From assembly GCA_963849325.1 (NCBI GenBank), contig CAWKHF010000007.1, forward strand, positions 416,001-480,000: DNA of 64,000 nucleotides, read 5' to 3'. The notes beneath the pieces were generated by a model. The model worked only from the letters and a program-made list of their open reading frames with translations. It searched no databases and was not told the DNA's origin. Each line of letters opens with the position of its first letter. Position 1 is the first letter of the stretch. A program made the position numbers and the translations under genes. This document shows, one piece after another, positions 1 through 10,738 of the stretch. This stretch comes from an uncultured Planctomycetota bacterium. GTDB taxonomy: Bacteria; Planctomycetota; Planctomycetia; Gemmatales; Gemmataceae.

Positions 1-2138
1 CGGCCGCGCCGGATGCCCTGTCGTCGGCGCCGGACATGGGGACGTTCTTGCGCGTCTGCGGCGCCGCTGGGTCTCCGCCCTCGCGCTGGGCGGCAGCCTG
101 GCCATCGTCGCCGCCGTGGCCGCCTGGTTCCTGCTGTCGCCCAAGTACATCGCCTTCGCCCGCGTCAAGGTCGCCTATGAAGTACCCAGCCTCGATCCCT
201 CCGGGCAGCGCGGCGGCCGGGGCGACTTCCTCACCTACCTGAAGACGCAGGCGGCGCAGATCATGAGCCGGCCCGTCATCTGGGAGGCGCTGAAACGAGA
301 TGAGGTCAAGCGCCTCAACCTCGATGCTCTGGGCAAAGACCCGGCCCAGTTCATCGAGGAAGAGATGAAGGTCGAGTTCCAGGACAATCAAGAGCTTCTA
401 ACGATCACGCTGGGCGCCCACGATCCCCAGATCTCGTTGACGCTCGTGAAAGCCATCGTCGATTCGTACATGGACAACATCGTCTATGCCGAGACGCGGG
501 CGCGCGAGAACCGCGTGGCCCAGCTCGACAAGGCGTACACCGCCGCCGCCGCCGGCCTGAAGCAGAAGCAGGACAGCCTGGCGGCACTGTCCAAGAAACC
601 GGGCAGCACCGATCCTCTGCTGACGACCATGCGCCTCAACGAGCTGCAATCGCGCATCCGCGAGGCCACCGCCCAGCAGAGCGGCATCCGTCTTAACCTG
701 GTACAAGCCCAGGCCGACCTGGCCAGCCACGAGGTACGCATCAAGGCGGTGAAGGACCAGGCGGTCTCCGACGCCGTCGTGGAAGCCACTCTGAAGGTCG
801 ATGCCAAGGCCCAGGCGTACCAGGCCGGCATCACGCGCTGCCAGGACGTCATCACCGATTTCGAGGAAAAAACGCCGGGGCAAACGTGGCCGACGCTCAC
901 CACCGCGCGCAACAAGATGAAGAGCTTGCAGACCAAGTACGACCAGCGCAAGAAGGAGCTGCAGTAAGGAGATGGCCCATCTGGCCGAGTCCTCCGGCTC
1001 CGGCGGCCGCGAGGAGCTGGAGCTGGCCCGCGTGCAGAAGGCCAACCTCATCACGGCCCTGGAGCAGCGCGATAAGGAGCTGGATAAGGACATCGTGGTG
1101 CTCAACAAGCAGCTGGCCGAGACCAAGCTGGCCGACCACGACCAGGACGGTCTGCGCGATCAGATCAAGCAAGAGGAGCTGTTCGTCAACAAAGTGGGCT
1201 TCCAGCTGAAGCAGGAGCAGATGGAGCTGATGGCCGGCTCGCGCGTCAGCAAGCTGCAGGACGCCGAGCTGCAGAAGAAGGACATGAAGAAGCAGATCCT
1301 CGGCACGGCCGTGGCGCCGCTGGTCGTGCTGCTGGCCGTGTGCATGGGCCTGGCGTGGCTGGAAGTGCGGCAGCGTCGCATCCGCTCGGCCGGCGAGGTG
1401 TCGCGCGGCCTGGGCATCCGCGTCGTCGGCGCCGTGCCCAGCCTGCCCAACCTGGAGCGGCACCTGATCGGGCCGACCGGCGAGCCGGACCTGGAAGGAC
1501 ATCCGGCCCTGGAGTCGATCGACGCCATCCGCACGCTGCTGTTGCGCGACGCCGACGCCGAGGCGACGCGCGTGGTCATGGTCACCAGCGCCACCACCGG
1601 CGAGGGCAAGACGACGCTGGCCAGCCACCTGGCCAGCAGCCTGGCGCGGGCCGGCCGCAAGACGCTGCTGATCGACGGCGACCTGCGGCGACCGGCGGCC
1701 CATCAGTTGTTCGAGCTGCCCATGCAGCCCGGCTTCAGCGAGGTCTGCTCGGCGAGGTCGAGCTGACCGACGCCGTGCAGGCGACGACGCTGGACGGCCT
1801 GTCGTTCATGGCGGCCGGCCAGTGGGACCGCGAGGTGCTGCAAGCCCTGGCCCGCGACGGCCTGGAGGGCATCTTCGAGAAGCTGCAGCGAGGAGTTCGA
1901 CTTCATCGTCATCGACTCGCATCCGGTGCTGCCGGCGACCGATTCGCTGCTGATCGGCCAGCGTGCCGACGCCGTGATCCTGTCGGTGCTGCGCGAGGTC
2001 AGCCAGATGCCGCGCGTGTATGCCGCGTCGCAGCGGCTGACGACGCTGGGCATCCGCGTCATGGGGGCGGTCGTCAACGGCGCCGACCCCGAGGAGGCGC
2101 TGGCCGCCACCGCCAGCGCTCGCTTGGTCAGTCATTGA
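1..2138 (+). CDS. Wzc/GumC-type polysaccharide co-polymerase with tyrosine autokinase domain (5'-truncated by window edge; frameshifted near 60, 965, 1745 and 1890)
   Basis: N-terminal TM, coiled-coil region and second TM, then Walker A VTSATTGEGKTT, LLIDGDLRRP and FIVIDSHPVL across ORFs 116-967, 972-1766 and 1926-2138. Confidence 0.85.
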
Positions 2139-2170
2139 TCCCCCGGCCGGGCCGCTTGCGGCCTCCTTCC

Positions 2171-2212
2171 TCCCCTCTCCCCGCTTCGGGGGAGAGGGGT
2201 AGGGGTGAGGGG
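2171..2212. repeat. REP-like palindrome CCCCTCTCCCC-gcttc-GGGGGAGAGGGG followed by TAGGGGTGAGGG
   Basis: Inverted repeat in the wzc-epsI intergenic space. Confidence 0.65.
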
Positions 2213-2238
2213 ACGGCCCCCATTGAGGAACACGACTC

Positions 2239-2898
2239 ATGATGCGATGGTTCGCTGCCCTGATCGGCTCGGGTGCCTTGATCGCCTGCGGCATCGTCCA
2301 CGGCTTCTGGACCGACCGCTGGGTTCCCCCTGTGGAGACAGCGGAGGCCGCCGCCCGCCTCGACGCGCTGCCGCTGGAGCTGGGCGACTGGGATGGGCAG
2401 ACGCTCGAGGTCAAGCCGGGCGAGGCCGGCGCCGGCGTGGCCGGCTGCATCAACCGCCATTACGTCCATCGCAAGACGGGCACGGTCGTATCGCTGTTCC
2501 TGGTGTGCGGCCGGCCCGGCCCGGTATCGATCCACACGCCGGAGGTCTGCTACGGCGCCAGCGGCTTCATGGTCGGCGCCAAGGGCCGCATCGAGATGGA
2601 GGAGGCCGGCGACAACCTGTGGAAGGCCGACGCCGTTCGCACCAGCGCCACCGACGAGAAGCACCTGCGCCTGTACTGGGCCTGGAACGGCGGCAACGGC
2701 TGGACGGCGTCGGCACGACGCCCGGCTGGAGTTCGTGCGTTATCCGGTGCTGCACAAGCTGTACGTGGTCCGCGAACTGAACGGCCCGAACGAGTCCAGC
2801 CGGAGCGAGCCGTGCGAGGAGTTCCTGCGTGTGCTGCTGCCGGTGCTGCGGAAGACCTTGTTCGTCCCCGGCGTCTTAGGTCGCCGCTTGCGGCTTGA
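2239..2898 (+). CDS. Exosortase-associated EpsI-family protein (frameshift ~2716; 3' end approximate)
   Basis: N-terminal TM; LPLELGDWDG, SIHTPEVCYGASG and LYWAWN motifs; continues LHKLYVV...PCEEFL in the shifted frame. Confidence 0.7.
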   Translation: MMRWFAALIGSGALIACGIVHGFWTDRWVPPVETAEAAARLDALPLELGDWDGQTLEVKPGEAGAGVAGCINRHYVHRKTGTVVSLFLVCGRPGPVSIHTPEVCYGASGFMVGAKGRIEMEEAGDNLWKADAVRTSATDEKHLRLYWAWNGGNGWTASARRPAGVRALSGAAQAVRGPRTERPERVQPERAVRGVPACAAAGAAEDLVRPRRLRSPLAA

Positions 2899-2966
2899 GC
2901 GTGCCGGACGTTCTCGCCGAGGGAGCGGCGAGGGCGTGGCGTTGCGATCGCCCGGTTGTCTTTTGC

Positions 2967-3805
2967 ATGGAGGCGAGTCCCTTGCCGACAAAGATCACCC
3001 GCCGACCGGCCAGCAACGAGGCTGTCGAAGTCTGGAACGAGACCCAGCCCGCGACGCTGCGCTTCCGCCGCGAGCGCCTGCCTGTCGGCCGCGAGCCGGT
3101 ACGGCCGCTGCGCCACCGCTGGTATCTGTCGTGCAAGCACGTCGCCGATTTCGTCCTCGCCGCCCTGCTGACGGTGCCGGCCGTGCCGCTGGTCCTGCTC
3201 GCCGCCCTGCTCGTCAAGCTGACCTCGCGCGGGCCGGTCTTCTACACGCAGACGCGCGTCGGCGAGAACGGCCGGCTGTTCACCATCTGGAAGATCCGCA
3301 CGATGATCCACAACTGCGAGTCGCTGACCGGCCCGCGCTGGTCGATCCCCGGCGACCCGCGCGTCACGCGCATCGGCGCCTTCCTGCGCACAGCCACCTC
3401 GACGAGCTGCCGCAACTGTGGAACGTGCTGCGCGGCGAGATGAGCCTGATCGGCCCGCGGCCGGAGCGTCCCGAGTTCGTGCCGGAGCTGGAGCGCGAGC
3501 TGCCCGGCTACTGGCAGCGGCTGACGGTGCGGCCCGGCGTGACGGGACTGGCCCAGGTGCAGCTGCCGCCCGACTCCGACCTGGACAGCGTGCGCCGCAA
3601 GCTGGCCCACGACCTCTACTACATCCGCCATCTCAGTCCCTGGCTGGACCTGCGCCTGCTCGTCTGCACGGCGTTCTACGCCATCGGCCTGCCGTTCGGC
3701 GTCGCCGGCGGGCTGCTCGGCATCCCCGATCACCCGATCGTCGAAGAGGCCATGAGCGACGCACTGGGCAACCTGCCCGAGCCGCGCGTCCGCCTCAGCG
3801 CCTGA
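2967..3805 (+). CDS. Priming sugar transferase (bacterial sugar transferase, WcaJ/CpsE C-terminal type; frameshift ~3392)
   Basis: KLTSRGPVFYTQTRVG, KIRTM, DPRVT, LDELPQLWNVLRGEMSLIGPRPERP, RPGVTGLAQV. Confidence 0.9.
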
Positions 3806-3845
3806 GAATGCCGGGTGGAGGAAATCGAGCCGTTTTACTTCAGGG

Positions 3846-4960
3846 ATGAACGCGATGCACGATCCAGCCATCGGACAGAAACGCGAAAGGCACCCCGCCG
3901 CTCGGGCGGCGATTGTCCCGCGCCCGTTCATCTCGGTCATCGTGCCGGTGCGCAACGAGGCGGCGTTCATCGCCGACACGCTGGAGCAGCTGCTCGGCCA
4001 GCACTACGAGGCGGATCGCTTCGAGGTGATCGTCGCCGACGGCCGTTCGACCGACGACACGCGCACCATCGTGGCGGCGATGCAGACGCGCTTCGCCAAC
4101 TTGCGACTGCTCGACAGTCCGCGTCGCTGGTCCAGCGCCGGACGCAACGCCGCCGTGCGGGCGGCGCGCGGCGACATCATCCTGCTGGTCGATGGACATT
4201 GCGAGTTGAGGAACCCGCATTATCTGCAAGAACTGGCGGATGCCTTCGCCGAAAGCGGTGCCGACTGCGTGGGCCGGCCGCAGCCGCTGGACGTGACGGG
4301 AGCGAGTCGTGTCCAGCGGGCCATCGCCGCGGCGCGGGCGTCGCGGCTCGGCCATCATCCGGCCTCGCACATCTACTCCGACCGCGAAGGCTTCGTGCCG
4401 CCGCAGAGCGTGGCCGTCGCCTATCGCCGCGAGGTTTTCGACACGGTCGGCCTGTTCGACGAGGCGTTCGACGCCTGCGAGGACGTGGAGTTCAACCATC
4501 GCGTGGCGCGGGCCGGCCTGCGCTGCTGGTTCACGCCGCGCGTGCGGGTCCACTATCACCCGCGCGACCGCTTGACCGGCCTGTTCCGTCAGATGGTGCG
4601 CTACGGCCGCGGCCGCGTCCGACTGCTGCGCAAGCATCCGGACACGTTCTCGCTGCCCGGCTTCCTGCCGGCGGCGTTCCTGGCCGGCGTCATCGTGGGA
4701 CCATTGCTGGCGTGCGGGAGTTCGCTGCTGGCGTTGCTCTACCTGGGTGTGCTTGGGCTGTACGGCGCGACGCTCTTGCTGTTTAGTCTGGCCCTCAGCA
4801 TGCGCGAGCGCGATCCGCGGCTGCGCGCCGCTCTTTCCGTTGGTTTTCCTGACGATCCACGCCGGGGCCGGCACGGGCGTGTGGTGCGAGTTGCTTCTCG
4901 GTTCGCCGCCGACAACCACGGATGCGAGGGGAATGAGACCAAGGAGGGCACTGCCCATGA
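3846..4960 (+). CDS. GT2 glycosyltransferase, ExoA-like (frameshift ~4830; end approximate)
   Basis: ISVIVPVRNE, VADGRSTD, LVDGH, EDVEFNHR, C-terminal TM segments. Confidence 0.85.
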
Positions 4961-5896
4961 CGAGCCGCGCGGAAATTCGGGCGGAGGAAGACAAGACGCT
5001 GTCAGCGGCGGACGGGTCCGTCGAGGGGCGGGCATTGCTCAACGCGCTGACGATCGACGTGGAGGACTACTACCACGTCTCCGGCTTCGACGGCTGCGTA
5101 TCGCGGAAGCAGTGGGACGATTTCCCCGCGCGGGTCGGCGACAGCACGCGGCGCCTGCTCGACCGGCTGGCCGAGGCCGGCGTGCGCGGCGACGTTCTTC
5201 GTCCTGGGCTGGGTGGCCGAGCGGCAGCCGGACCTGGTGCGAGCCATCCGCGCGGCCGGACACGAGGTCGGCTGTCACGGCTACGCCCACCGCCTCATCT
5301 ACGAGCAGACGCCGCAGCAGTTCCGCGTCGATCTGCGCCTGGCCCGCTTGGTGCTGGAGGACATTCTCGGCGAGAAGGTCACGGCGTACCGGGCGCCGAG
5401 CTTCTCGGTCACGCGGCGGTCGCTGTGGGCGCTGGACGTCCTGCTGGAGGAAGGTTTCCGCTTCGATTCGAGCATTTACCCGACGCACCACGACCGCTAC
5501 GGCATCGCCGGCACGCCGCTGGGACCGCACCGGATTGAACGCTCGGGGGGAGTGCTGTGGGAGTTCCCGCCGCCGGTGTGGCGGCTGCTGAAGTATCCGC
5601 TGCCGGTCGGCGGCGGCGGCTACTTCCGGCTGTACCCGTATGCGTTGACGCGCCGCGGCCTGCGGTCCATCAATGCCGCCGGTCGGCCGTTCGCCGTCTA
5701 CCTGCACCCGTGGGAGTTCGACCCCGAGCAGCCGCGCTTGCGGCCGGGGGCGCTGCGTGCCTTCCGCCATTACGTCGGTCTGCGCCGGACGGAGGACCGC
5801 CTGGTACGACTGCTGAAGGATTTCCGCTTCGGGACGATGTCGGAAGCACTGGCCGAATGGTCGTCGTCCGGCCAACCGGCGCCGCTTGCGGCTTAG
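4957..5896 (+). CDS. Polysaccharide deacetylase, XrtA/PEP-CTERM-locus type with DUF3473 (frameshift ~5190)
   Basis: NALTIDVEDYY, HEVGCHGYAH, YRAPSFS, PVGGGGYFRLYPY, YLHPWEFDP; RBS AAGGAGG upstream of ATG 4957. Confidence 0.9.
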
Positions 5897-5918
5897 CGCG
5901 AAATCACGGAGTAACCTC

Positions 5919-7217
5919 ATGCGAACCGTCACCCGGACATCCGCCTTGCCCAACGCGCCGCAGCGGCCTACGCGGCCGCTGCGCGTCGTCCTGGTCGATG
6001 AGGAGCTGCCTTACCCGCCGACATCGGGCAAGCGCATTCGCACGCTCAACCTGACGCTACGACTGGCGCGGCGTCACGAACTGACATACGTATGTCACCG
6101 AAACTCCGACGCCGAGGAATCCCGGCAGGCGACGGCATTTTTCGCCGATCGCGGCATCGCCACCATCGTCGTCAACCGGACGGTGCCGCCGAAATCGGGG
6201 CCGCGCTTCTACCTGCGCCTGGCCGCCAACCTGCTGTCGCCGCTGCCGTACTCGGTGGCCACGCACACCAGCCGGGAGTTGCGGCAAGCACTGGCGGAGC
6301 ACGCGCAAACGCAGCCGGTGGACGTGTGGCACTGCGAATGGACGCCTTATGCCGAGGCGCTGCGCGGCATCACCCACGCTCGGCGCGTGGTGGTCGCCCA
6401 CAACGTCGAGTCCATCATCTGGCAGCGCTACTACGAAACCGAGACGAATAGCCTGCGTCGCTGGTACATCGGCCGACAGTGGCACAAGTTCCGCCGCTTC
6501 GAGCGCCGCGTACACGGCGAGGTCGAGCACACGGTCGCGGTCAGCGGCGTGGACGCCGAGCGCTTCCGCCGGGACTTCGACGCCCGTCGGGTCGATGTCG
6601 TGGAGAATGGCGTCGATACCGCGTACTTTCAGCCGCGGGCGGCGCGGCGCCAGCCGGGGCGATTGCTCTTTCTCGGTAGCCTCGACTGGCGGCCGAACCT
6701 CGATGGCGTTCGCCTGCTGCTCGAGCGCGTCTTCCCCGCCGTGCGTGCGGCCGAGCCGTCGGCCCAGCTGTGCCTGGTCGGTCGCAATCCTCCCGATGCG
6801 CTGCGGCGACAGGTCGAGAGCATGCCCGGCGTCGAGCTGCACGCCGACGTGCCGGACGTGCGGCCGTACCTGGCCGATTGTGGCCTGCTCGTCGTGCCGC
6901 TGCGCATCGGCGGCGGTTCGCGCTTGAAGGTGCTCGAAGCGCTGGCCAGCGGCACGCCTGTTATTTCGACGCGGATCGGTGCCGAGGGACTGTGCCTGGA
7001 AGCCGGCCATGACCTCACGGTCGTTGAGGACATCGACGATTTGGCCGCCGCGCTGGTGACGGCCATTCGCCATCCGGCGACGATCCAGGCCCAGGCCGAG
7101 CACGGCCGCGAGACCGTGCTGGAGCGCTACGACTGGGATCGCCTTGCCGAGCAGCTTGAACAAGTGTGGATGCAGTGTGCCACGGGACCGAGAGAAGACG
7201 AGCCGTTTGCGGCTTAG
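5919..7217 (+). CDS. GT4 glycosyltransferase
   Basis: Intact ORF; AHNVES, ENGVD, FLGSLDWRPN, PLRIGGGSRLKVLEALASG. Confidence 0.9.
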   Translation: MRTVTRTSALPNAPQRPTRPLRVVLVDEELPYPPTSGKRIRTLNLTLRLARRHELTYVCHRNSDAEESRQATAFFADRGIATIVVNRTVPPKSGPRFYLRLAANLLSPLPYSVATHTSRELRQALAEHAQTQPVDVWHCEWTPYAEALRGITHARRVVVAHNVESIIWQRYYETETNSLRRWYIGRQWHKFRRFERRVHGEVEHTVAVSGVDAERFRRDFDARRVDVVENGVDTAYFQPRAARRQPGRLLFLGSLDWRPNLDGVRLLLERVFPAVRAAEPSAQLCLVGRNPPDALRRQVESMPGVELHADVPDVRPYLADCGLLVVPLRIGGGSRLKVLEALASGTPVISTRIGAEGLCLEAGHDLTVVEDIDDLAAALVTAIRHPATIQAQAEHGRETVLERYDWDRLAEQLEQVWMQCATGPREDEPFAA

Positions 7218-7236
7218 CGGGAGGAGAGTTTTCGCC

Positions 7237-8468
7237 ATGAACATCGTCCACCTGACCGCGTCCACCCTCCACGGCGGACCGGAGCGGCAGATGCTGGGAC
7301 TGGCCCACCATCTGCCGGAGACGGACCAGAGTCTCTTTCTGTCCTTCGCCGAGGGCGGCCGTTGCCGGCAGTTTTTGAGCACGGCGCGGCACCACGGCTT
7401 CGAGGCGGTGGGGTTGCGGTTCGACACGCCGCACCTGTGGGCGGCGGTGCGCGAGATCGCCGGCCATCTGCGAGCGCGTCGAGGCCGACGTACTGTGCTG
7501 TCACGGCTACAAGGCCAACCTGCTGGGCCGAATCGCGGCACGACAGCGGAAGATCCCGGTCATCGCGGTCGCTCGGGGATGGACAGGTGAGAGCTTGAAG
7601 GTGCGCGTCTACGAACGGTTCGATCGTTTTCATCTGCGCTGGATGGATCATGTGGTGTGCGTCTCGCAGGCGCAGGCGGTGAAGGCACGCCGCGCCGGCG
7701 TGCGCGCGGATCAGATGAGCGTCATTTACAACGCGATCGACCCATCGCGTTTCGCGGAACCGGACGAACGCTATCGCGCCAAGCTGCAGCGCTACTTCCG
7801 CCAGCCGCGGACGCACCTCGTCGGCGCGGCCGGCCGGCTCAGTCCTGAGAAGGGCTTTGAAGTGCTGGTGACGGCGGCCGAGCGCGTGCGCGATACGCAC
7901 CCGTCGGCCGGCTTCGTGCTCTTCGGCGATGGACCGGAGCGGGCGCGCTTGCAACAGCAAATCAACGCGGCCGGGCTGAGTCAGACCTTTATCCTTGGCG
8001 GCTTCCGGGCGGACCTGGATCGCTTCCTGCCGCACTTCGATCTGCTGGTGCTGCCGTCGTACACGGAGGGACTGCCGAACATCGTGCTCGAATCCTTCGC
8101 GGCGGGCGTGCCCGTGATCGCCACGGCCGTCGGCGGTACGCCCGAGGTGATCGAAGAGGGTGTCAGCGGTCATCTCGTCCCGCCGGGCCATGCCGACGCA
8201 CTGGCCCGACGCATCGGCGAGGCGCTGAGCTGCAGCGGATCGACTGCCCGACATGGGCCGCAAGGGCCGGATGTGTGTACTGGAGAAATTCGGCTTCGCC
8301 ACTCAGGCGCGATTGTACGGAGAGTTGTTTGCCCAACTGTGTCCCGACGCGAGGAAGGCATCTGGAGAGATGGAAGCAGGAACCGAATGCCGCACGAAAT
8401 CTCCGACAATGCCGATGATTTGCGTAGACGAAGACTTTCTCGAAACGGAATCGACATGCAACCGCTGA
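7237..8468 (+). CDS. GT4 glycosyltransferase (frameshifts ~7475 and ~8235)
   Basis: GGPERQ, CHGYKAN, AGRLSPEKG, PSYTEGLPNIVLESFAAG. Confidence 0.85.
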
Positions 8469-9667
8469 CCAGGACGCGACAGGCCGTCGCTCGCCGAGCG
8501 AGCCACCCCGGAAGTTGGGGAGACGCCGCCAGGCCATCGTCCCACCACGGCCGGTGCGCGTGTGCTTCCTGATCGACGAATTGGCGACCGCCGGGACGGA
8601 GGGGCAATTGTTGGCGCTCCTCCGCCACCTCGATCGCCGGCGCGTGCGGCCGTATCTCTGTCTGCTGCGCGGGGACAGCCCAACCTCGCAGGCGCTGGAG
8701 CCGGACGATTGCCCGATCCTCCGGCTGGGCGTGGATTCGCTGTGCCGTCCGGCGACTCTGGTGCGGGCTTGCCGTTTCCTGCGTTTTCTTCGTCGTGAGC
8801 GCATCGATGTCGTCCAGGTGTACTTCCCCGACAGCAGTTACTTCGGCGTGCCGACGGCATGGCTGGCGCGGCGTGCCGCATCGCGTGCGGACGCGCAACA
8901 ACGTCGGCCACTGGTTGACGCCGCTGCATCGCCGCTTGGGGCGGGCGCTCAACCTGCTGACGACGCGGACGGTGGCGAACTGCGAGGCGGCGCGGCAAGC
9001 CCTGCTGGCGATGGAGCGGCCTTCGCCGGAGACGGTCGTGGTGCTGGAAAACGGTGTCGATCTCGGGCGCTTCCGCGACATCCCGCCGCTGGCGGCGCAA
9101 CCGATGGACGACGGACCGCGCGTCGGCGTGGTGGCGAATTTGCGACCCGTCAAGGGGCTTGAAGTGTTCGTCGAGGCGGCTGCCCAGCTAGGCGAGCGAC
9201 ATCCGCGGGCCGTCTTCGAGGTGGCCGGCGAGGGCGAGTTGCGGGCGGGGCTGGAACGGCAGGCGGAGGCGGAAGGGTTGACAGGGCGGTTCAAGTTGGG
9301 CGGCGGCGTGTCGGACGTGCCCGGCTTCCTGGCCGGTCTCGACGTGGCAGTGCTGTGCTCGCACGCCGAGGGCATGTCGAACGCCCTGCTCGAATACATG
9401 GCGGCCGGCCGGGCCATCGTCAGCACGGCCGTCGGCGCGGCAACGGACTTGATCGAGGACGGCGTACACGGTTTGCTCGTGCCGCCGGGGGATGCCGGCC
9501 GATTGGCGGAGGCGATCGGGCGCTTTCTGGACGATCGCGGCCTGGCGCGGCGACTCGGGGAGGCGGCGCGGCGGCGAGCGCTGGAGCGCTACAGCCGCGA
9601 GGCGATGGTGCGGCGCTTCCAGGACTTCTACGAAGGGTTGATTTCGGCGCGGAGCCGTGTGAGGTGA
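8456..9667 (+). CDS. GT4 glycosyltransferase (frameshifts ~8515 and ~8868)
   Basis: AGTEGQL, ENGVD, VANLRPVKG, SHAEGMSNALLEYMAAG. Confidence 0.85.
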
Positions 9668-9670
9668 CAC

Positions 9671-10738
9671 ATGCCTGACATCCTGACCGACATTCCGGGG
9701 AAACCGGGGCGATTCTGGGGCGAGAACACGACCTTCATCGGCCCCAAGCAGCCGCCGGCGTGGCTGCTGCGCCTGGCCGGAAAGCGCTGGGCCTACAACC
9801 TGACCGGCGCTCTGGCTGCCCTGCGGCTGTTCGCTCGTCGGCGACACTGTCAAGGCATTGTCACCGATGGCGGGTCGAGCGGCATGTTGTTCGCCTGGCT
9901 GCAAGCGCTGTGCCCGTGGGGGCGCAAGCCGCACGTGCTCATCGATTGTCTGTGGGAGCTGCCCCCGTCGCGGCTGCGAGCCTGGCTCAAATCCATGCGC
10001 ATCCGTCTGGCAGCCCGCTCGGTCCATCGCTTCGTCGTCTGGGCCAGCCACGAGGCCGAAGACTTCGCCCGCGCCTTCGGCCTGCCGAGATGGCAACTGG
10101 AGTACGTGCCGTTCCACCACACGTTGCACGATTACGCCTACGAGGTCCGCGACGACGGTTACCTGTTTGCCGGCGGCAATTCGGATCGAGATTATCGCAC
10201 GCTCATCGAAGCGGTGCGTCCTCTCGACCTGCCCGCGTGGATCGCCCTGACGCAGCGTGATCTGCTCGCCGGGATCGATGTCCCGCCGCATGTCCGCGTC
10301 GAGGCGACGACCCCCGAGGGGTTCCGGCAAGCGATGGCCGGGGCGAAGCTCCTCGTCGTGCCGATGCGAAAGGGCACGCTGCGCTCGGGCGGGCAGCAGA
10401 CGTGTCTCAACGCCATGCTGCTGGGCAAGCCGACCATCGCCGTCGGCCGCCGCTGGGCCATCGATTTCATCACCGACGGCGAGGATGGACTCATCGTCGA
10501 ATATGAAGACGCCGAGGGTCTGCGACGAGCGATCCGCTGGGTGCTCGATCACCCCGCGGCCGCGCGGCGCATGGGACAGCAGGCCCGCGCGCGCGCCGCC
10601 TGGTTTACGACAGAGCGGTGCATGCGCACCGTCCACGACCTGGTTCGAGATGCGGCGGGCGGCGGACGGTCGCGGCCCCGGATGGATCGTCCGAACTCTC
10701 GCCTGGAGCTTGTACACGATGCCGGTACGTCCCGCTAA
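9671..10738 (+). CDS. GT4-like glycosyltransferase
   Basis: FAGGNSDRDY, SGGQQTCLNAMLLGKP; position in the EPS operon. Confidence 0.75.
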   Translation: MPDILTDIPGKPGRFWGENTTFIGPKQPPAWLLRLAGKRWAYNLTGALAALRLFARRRHCQGIVTDGGSSGMLFAWLQALCPWGRKPHVLIDCLWELPPSRLRAWLKSMRIRLAARSVHRFVVWASHEAEDFARAFGLPRWQLEYVPFHHTLHDYAYEVRDDGYLFAGGNSDRDYRTLIEAVRPLDLPAWIALTQRDLLAGIDVPPHVRVEATTPEGFRQAMAGAKLLVVPMRKGTLRSGGQQTCLNAMLLGKPTIAVGRRWAIDFITDGEDGLIVEYEDAEGLRRAIRWVLDHPAAARRMGQQARARAAWFTTERCMRTVHDLVRDAAGGGRSRPRMDRPNSRLELVHDAGTSR

